IMG/VR virus record: IMGVR_UViG_3300048606_000077
Location: 4,380 to 68,379 of that record
Direction: 5' to 3' (one strand)
From: a virus
Lineage: Duplodnaviria; Caudoviricetes
DNA: 64,000 nt
The notes under the pieces are model-generated. The model saw nothing but the letters and a program-made list of their open reading frames with translations, had not been told where the DNA came from and made no database searches. This document shows, piece by piece, positions 62,012-64,000 of this stretch. Numbering within the stretch: the stretch's first letter is position 1; every line of letters starts with the position of its first letter. A program made the translations under genes and the position numbers.

Positions 62012-62215
62012 CTATTGGGGTATCGGCCTGGCCGGGTAGTACTGCGGGCGGCCGTCGCCGGACTGCTTCCACTCGGCCATGGGCATGATGTTGTTCAGCC
62101 ACCGGCAGGTCGGGCAGGCGTAGGTGACGCCGCCGGAGCTGGTGTCCTGGCCGACGATGCCGACCGCGACCGGCTCGCGGGTGGACTCCCGGCACCACGC
62201 GCAGTCCTGGTTCAC
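62012..62215 (-). CDS. Small zinc-binding protein
   Basis: CAWC...V.V......SGG..YACPTC. Confidence 0.65.
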   Translation of the reverse strand: MNQDCAWCRESTREPVAVGIVGQDTSSGGVTYACPTCRWLNNIMPMAEWKQSGDGRPQYYPARPIPQ

Positions 62216-62454
62216 GGCGCGCCCTGCTGGGGTCGGCTGGTCCTCCGTGCCGCGCGCCAGGCTTCGTGCAGGATCACGGCGGTCTCGCAGTGCTGGCCGG
62301 TCATACAGTCGGCGCACTGCGGTCCGTGGGCGATGTACTCCCGGTACCGCTCCAGCAGTGTCGCCGTGGCCATCGTGGATGCCGCCTCCACCCGGGCGGC
62401 GACCATCGCCCCGCCACTGCCGGTCTGCATCCAGCGCTCCCTGCTGTCCGTCAC
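62212..62454 (-). CDS. Small Cys/His protein
   Basis: Y..Y.AH...C.DC....HC. Confidence 0.6.
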   Translation of the reverse strand: MTDSRERWMQTGSGGAMVAARVEAASTMATATLLERYREYIAHGPQCADCMTGQHCETAVILHEAWRAARRTSRPQQGAP

Positions 62455-62891
62455 AGTGCAGTCCTTTCCGACGGCGCCCGCCAGCGGCGTATGCGCGGCT
62501 CCGGACCACGGGGGGCCCCTGATCTCATGGTCGTCCCGGCTCTCTGTAAGAGTCGGTAGACCCGGTTCTCGGTCAGGCCTCGGCTGGCACCGAGGGACCG
62601 GCACGTTGTCGTCGGGTCCGCCTCGTACTCCCGGCGCAGTTCGGCGGCGAGCCGGTCGCGCTTCTCGATCTTCTCGGAGCTGTCGCGGGTGCCGCCCCGT
62701 GAACGCAGGTCTGTTCCCGCTTCCGCAAGCAGCTGCTGGACCAGGCCGTAGGACCGCCCTGTCTCCGTCGCGAGTGAGCGAATCGTTGCCCGGGGATCCG
62801 ACTCGTACCTCTTGCGCAGCTGGGCGGCGGCCTCTGTGCGCTTGTCGCCCGCGAGGCGCCCCGGCGGGATCACTATGGAGTTGGTCGTCAT
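62451..62891 (-). CDS. Tandem HTH protein
   Basis: Two repeats of LR..YE....T.RSL...G.S...V..LL..AGT..RS. Confidence 0.75.
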   Translation of the reverse strand: MTTNSIVIPPGRLAGDKRTEAAAQLRKRYESDPRATIRSLATETGRSYGLVQQLLAEAGTDLRSRGGTRDSSEKIEKRDRLAAELRREYEADPTTTCRSLGASRGLTENRVYRLLQRAGTTMRSGAPRGPEPRIRRWRAPSERTAL

Positions 62892-63328
62892 GATGGGCTC
62901 CCGTCGCGCGGGCCGAGGGCTGCGACGATGGCGCTCTCTATTGCGCCTCGCAGCAATGCCGGGTCGGTGAGGTACTGGGAGCCGGTGGGCGGGATCAGCC
63001 AGTGCGGGCCGGGCCGGGTGAGGTGTCCGGCGGAGGGGATCACTACGTACTGTGTCTCTCCGAGGGGGCGGGTGTGCGGCGTGTCCCATCCGGTGGTGGT
63101 GCCGGCGGGTACGAGCCAGTACAGGCAGGGCTCCCGGGGGTCGCAGATGACTGCGCCGGAGCCGGTGCCCAGTGTCTCCAGTGTGCGGTTGGCGATTTGG
63201 AGGGGTACGCGGATCGCGTCCCAGTGCACGCCGGCCGCGCGTAAGGCGATGCTCGCGTCCGACGGGGAGTCGGGCGGCAGCCAGGCGGCGGCTCTGGTGG
63301 ATGGATCGGCGGTCATGGTCGGCTCCAT
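62888..63328 (-). CDS. Hypothetical protein typical of Streptomyces XRE modules
   Basis: AG.HWDAIRVP, GAVICDP, YWLVP, W...P......TDP..L. Confidence 0.75.
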   Translation of the reverse strand: MEPTMTADPSTRAAAWLPPDSPSDASIALRAAGVHWDAIRVPLQIANRTLETLGTGSGAVICDPREPCLYWLVPAGTTTGWDTPHTRPLGETQYVVIPSAGHLTRPGPHWLIPPTGSQYLTDPALLRGAIESAIVAALGPRDGSPS

Positions 63329-63371
63329 GTGCGCGGCGTGTGGTGTCAGTCACATGGTGCCCAAAAGGGAA

Positions 63372-63406
63372 GGCCCTGGTGTTCACAGGTTGTGAACACC
63401 AGGGCC
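63372..63406 (-). terminator. 16-bp perfect inverted repeat after the XRE/TPR gene
   Basis: GGCCCTGGTGTTCACA-ggt-TGTGAACACCAGGGCC. Confidence 0.7.
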
Positions 63407-63429
63407 CTTGACGTTATGTGCCTTCCGTG

Positions 63430-64000
63430 CTAGACGCCGCACCACAGAGAGAACTCACGCAGAGGATCCGACACCTGCGCTCGCGCCCGCCGCAACGCCG
63501 CCGCCGTTTCATGAACCTGCGGATGATGCCGCGTCTGCTGCGGCGCCACCTGCCGCGCCTTCACCAACGACTCAAACGCCTCATCGTGTCGGGCAGTCCA
63601 CACCTGCGCCCGCGCCAGATCGAGGTAGAAGTGCCCGGCCCGGCCCGGCGGATAGCCCTCCGGCAGGTGCACATCACGCGCCAGCTTCAGCGCCTCACTG
63701 TGCTTGTTGCGATCCGCCGCAGCCGCCACCGCATGCTGCGCCACATTCGTCGGACCGAACGTCAGCTCGTAGGACCGGGTCTCACCGGTCCGCTTGGCCA
63801 GCTCACGTGCCTCCTTCAGCCACTCCTCCGAACCGTCCTTGTCGCCCCGGCGGGACGCCAGGATCGACCCCTTCAAGTACAGGGAGCCGCGCACGGCCCG
63901 CGTCCCGACCTCGCCATCGTCCACAAGGTCCCGAAGCGCCTGATGCAGCAGACGCAGACCGATGTCGAGGCCCGGCCGGCCACCCTCGAAGGAGGTCTGT
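63430..64000 (-). CDS. C-terminal part of an XRE-type regulator with TPR-like domain (5' end outside the window)
   Basis: FGPTNV..H.V, R.GHFYLDLARA, A...APQQTRHHP; frame open to the window end. Confidence 0.8.
   Translation of the reverse strand, partial: QTSFEGGRPGLDIGLRLLHQALRDLVDDGEVGTRAVRGSLYLKGSILASRRGDKDGSEEWLKEARELAKRTGETRSYELTFGPTNVAQHAVAAAADRNKHSEALKLARDVHLPEGYPPGRAGHFYLDLARAQVWTARHDEAFESLVKARQVAPQQTRHHPQVHETAAALRRARAQVSDPLREFSLWCGV

Larger units (their letters stand above)
1..64000. mobile_element. Temperate siphovirus prophage (Streptomyces-like); boundaries not determined
   Basis: Serine integrase, repressor/Cro, replication, terminase, portal, capsid, tail, tape measure and lysis genes in canonical order between 10.6 and 61 kb. 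Flanks hold short phage/ICE-type ORFs. No att core found, so membership of the flanks is inferred. Confidence 0.9.

Noticed and set aside
1-64000. CRISPR array, tRNA, rRNA or IS transposase
   Set aside because: No regularly spaced repeat-spacer units, cloverleaf-like intergenic sequence or transposase motifs were seen by eye; a tRNAscan run would confirm the tRNA negative.

Overview
The window is a GC-rich actinobacterial (Streptomyces-like) temperate siphovirus prophage. No att site or host boundary could be identified, so it may extend past either end. From right to left: an XRE-regulator accessory module (61.6-64 kb); a large serine integrase with a repressor/Cro switch (58.6-61.0 kb); a long leftward early/replication region (Rad52-like recombinase, DnaQ exonuclease, RusA, WhiB, HNH-like genes, replication initiator, LuxR-HTH; 38.7-58.9 kb). 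Next come terminase small, a six-gene sugar-modification operon and terminase large (split by a 5-nt insertion in Walker A). Then portal, MuF-protease fusion, two capsid proteins, tail genes, tape measure, a GH33 sialidase, endolysin, holin and a GT-B glycosyltransferase (10.6-38.6 kb). The left accessory region (0-10.6 kb) has a Thg1-like protein, an RHH regulator with duplicated promoter/operator units, and a processive GT2 synthase followed by a tiny LAxTG peptide. Best candidates for undescribed systems: (1) the GT2/epimerase/DUF616/methyltransferase/HIT/GT2 operon between terS and terL, (2) the processive GT2 plus LAxTG micropeptide pair, (3) a Phd antitoxin paired with a GIY-YIG-Phd fusion, (4) a recurring late-promoter motif CCGGAA-N21/22-YACnnT. 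Family assignments come from motifs I recognised by eye; no database search was run.
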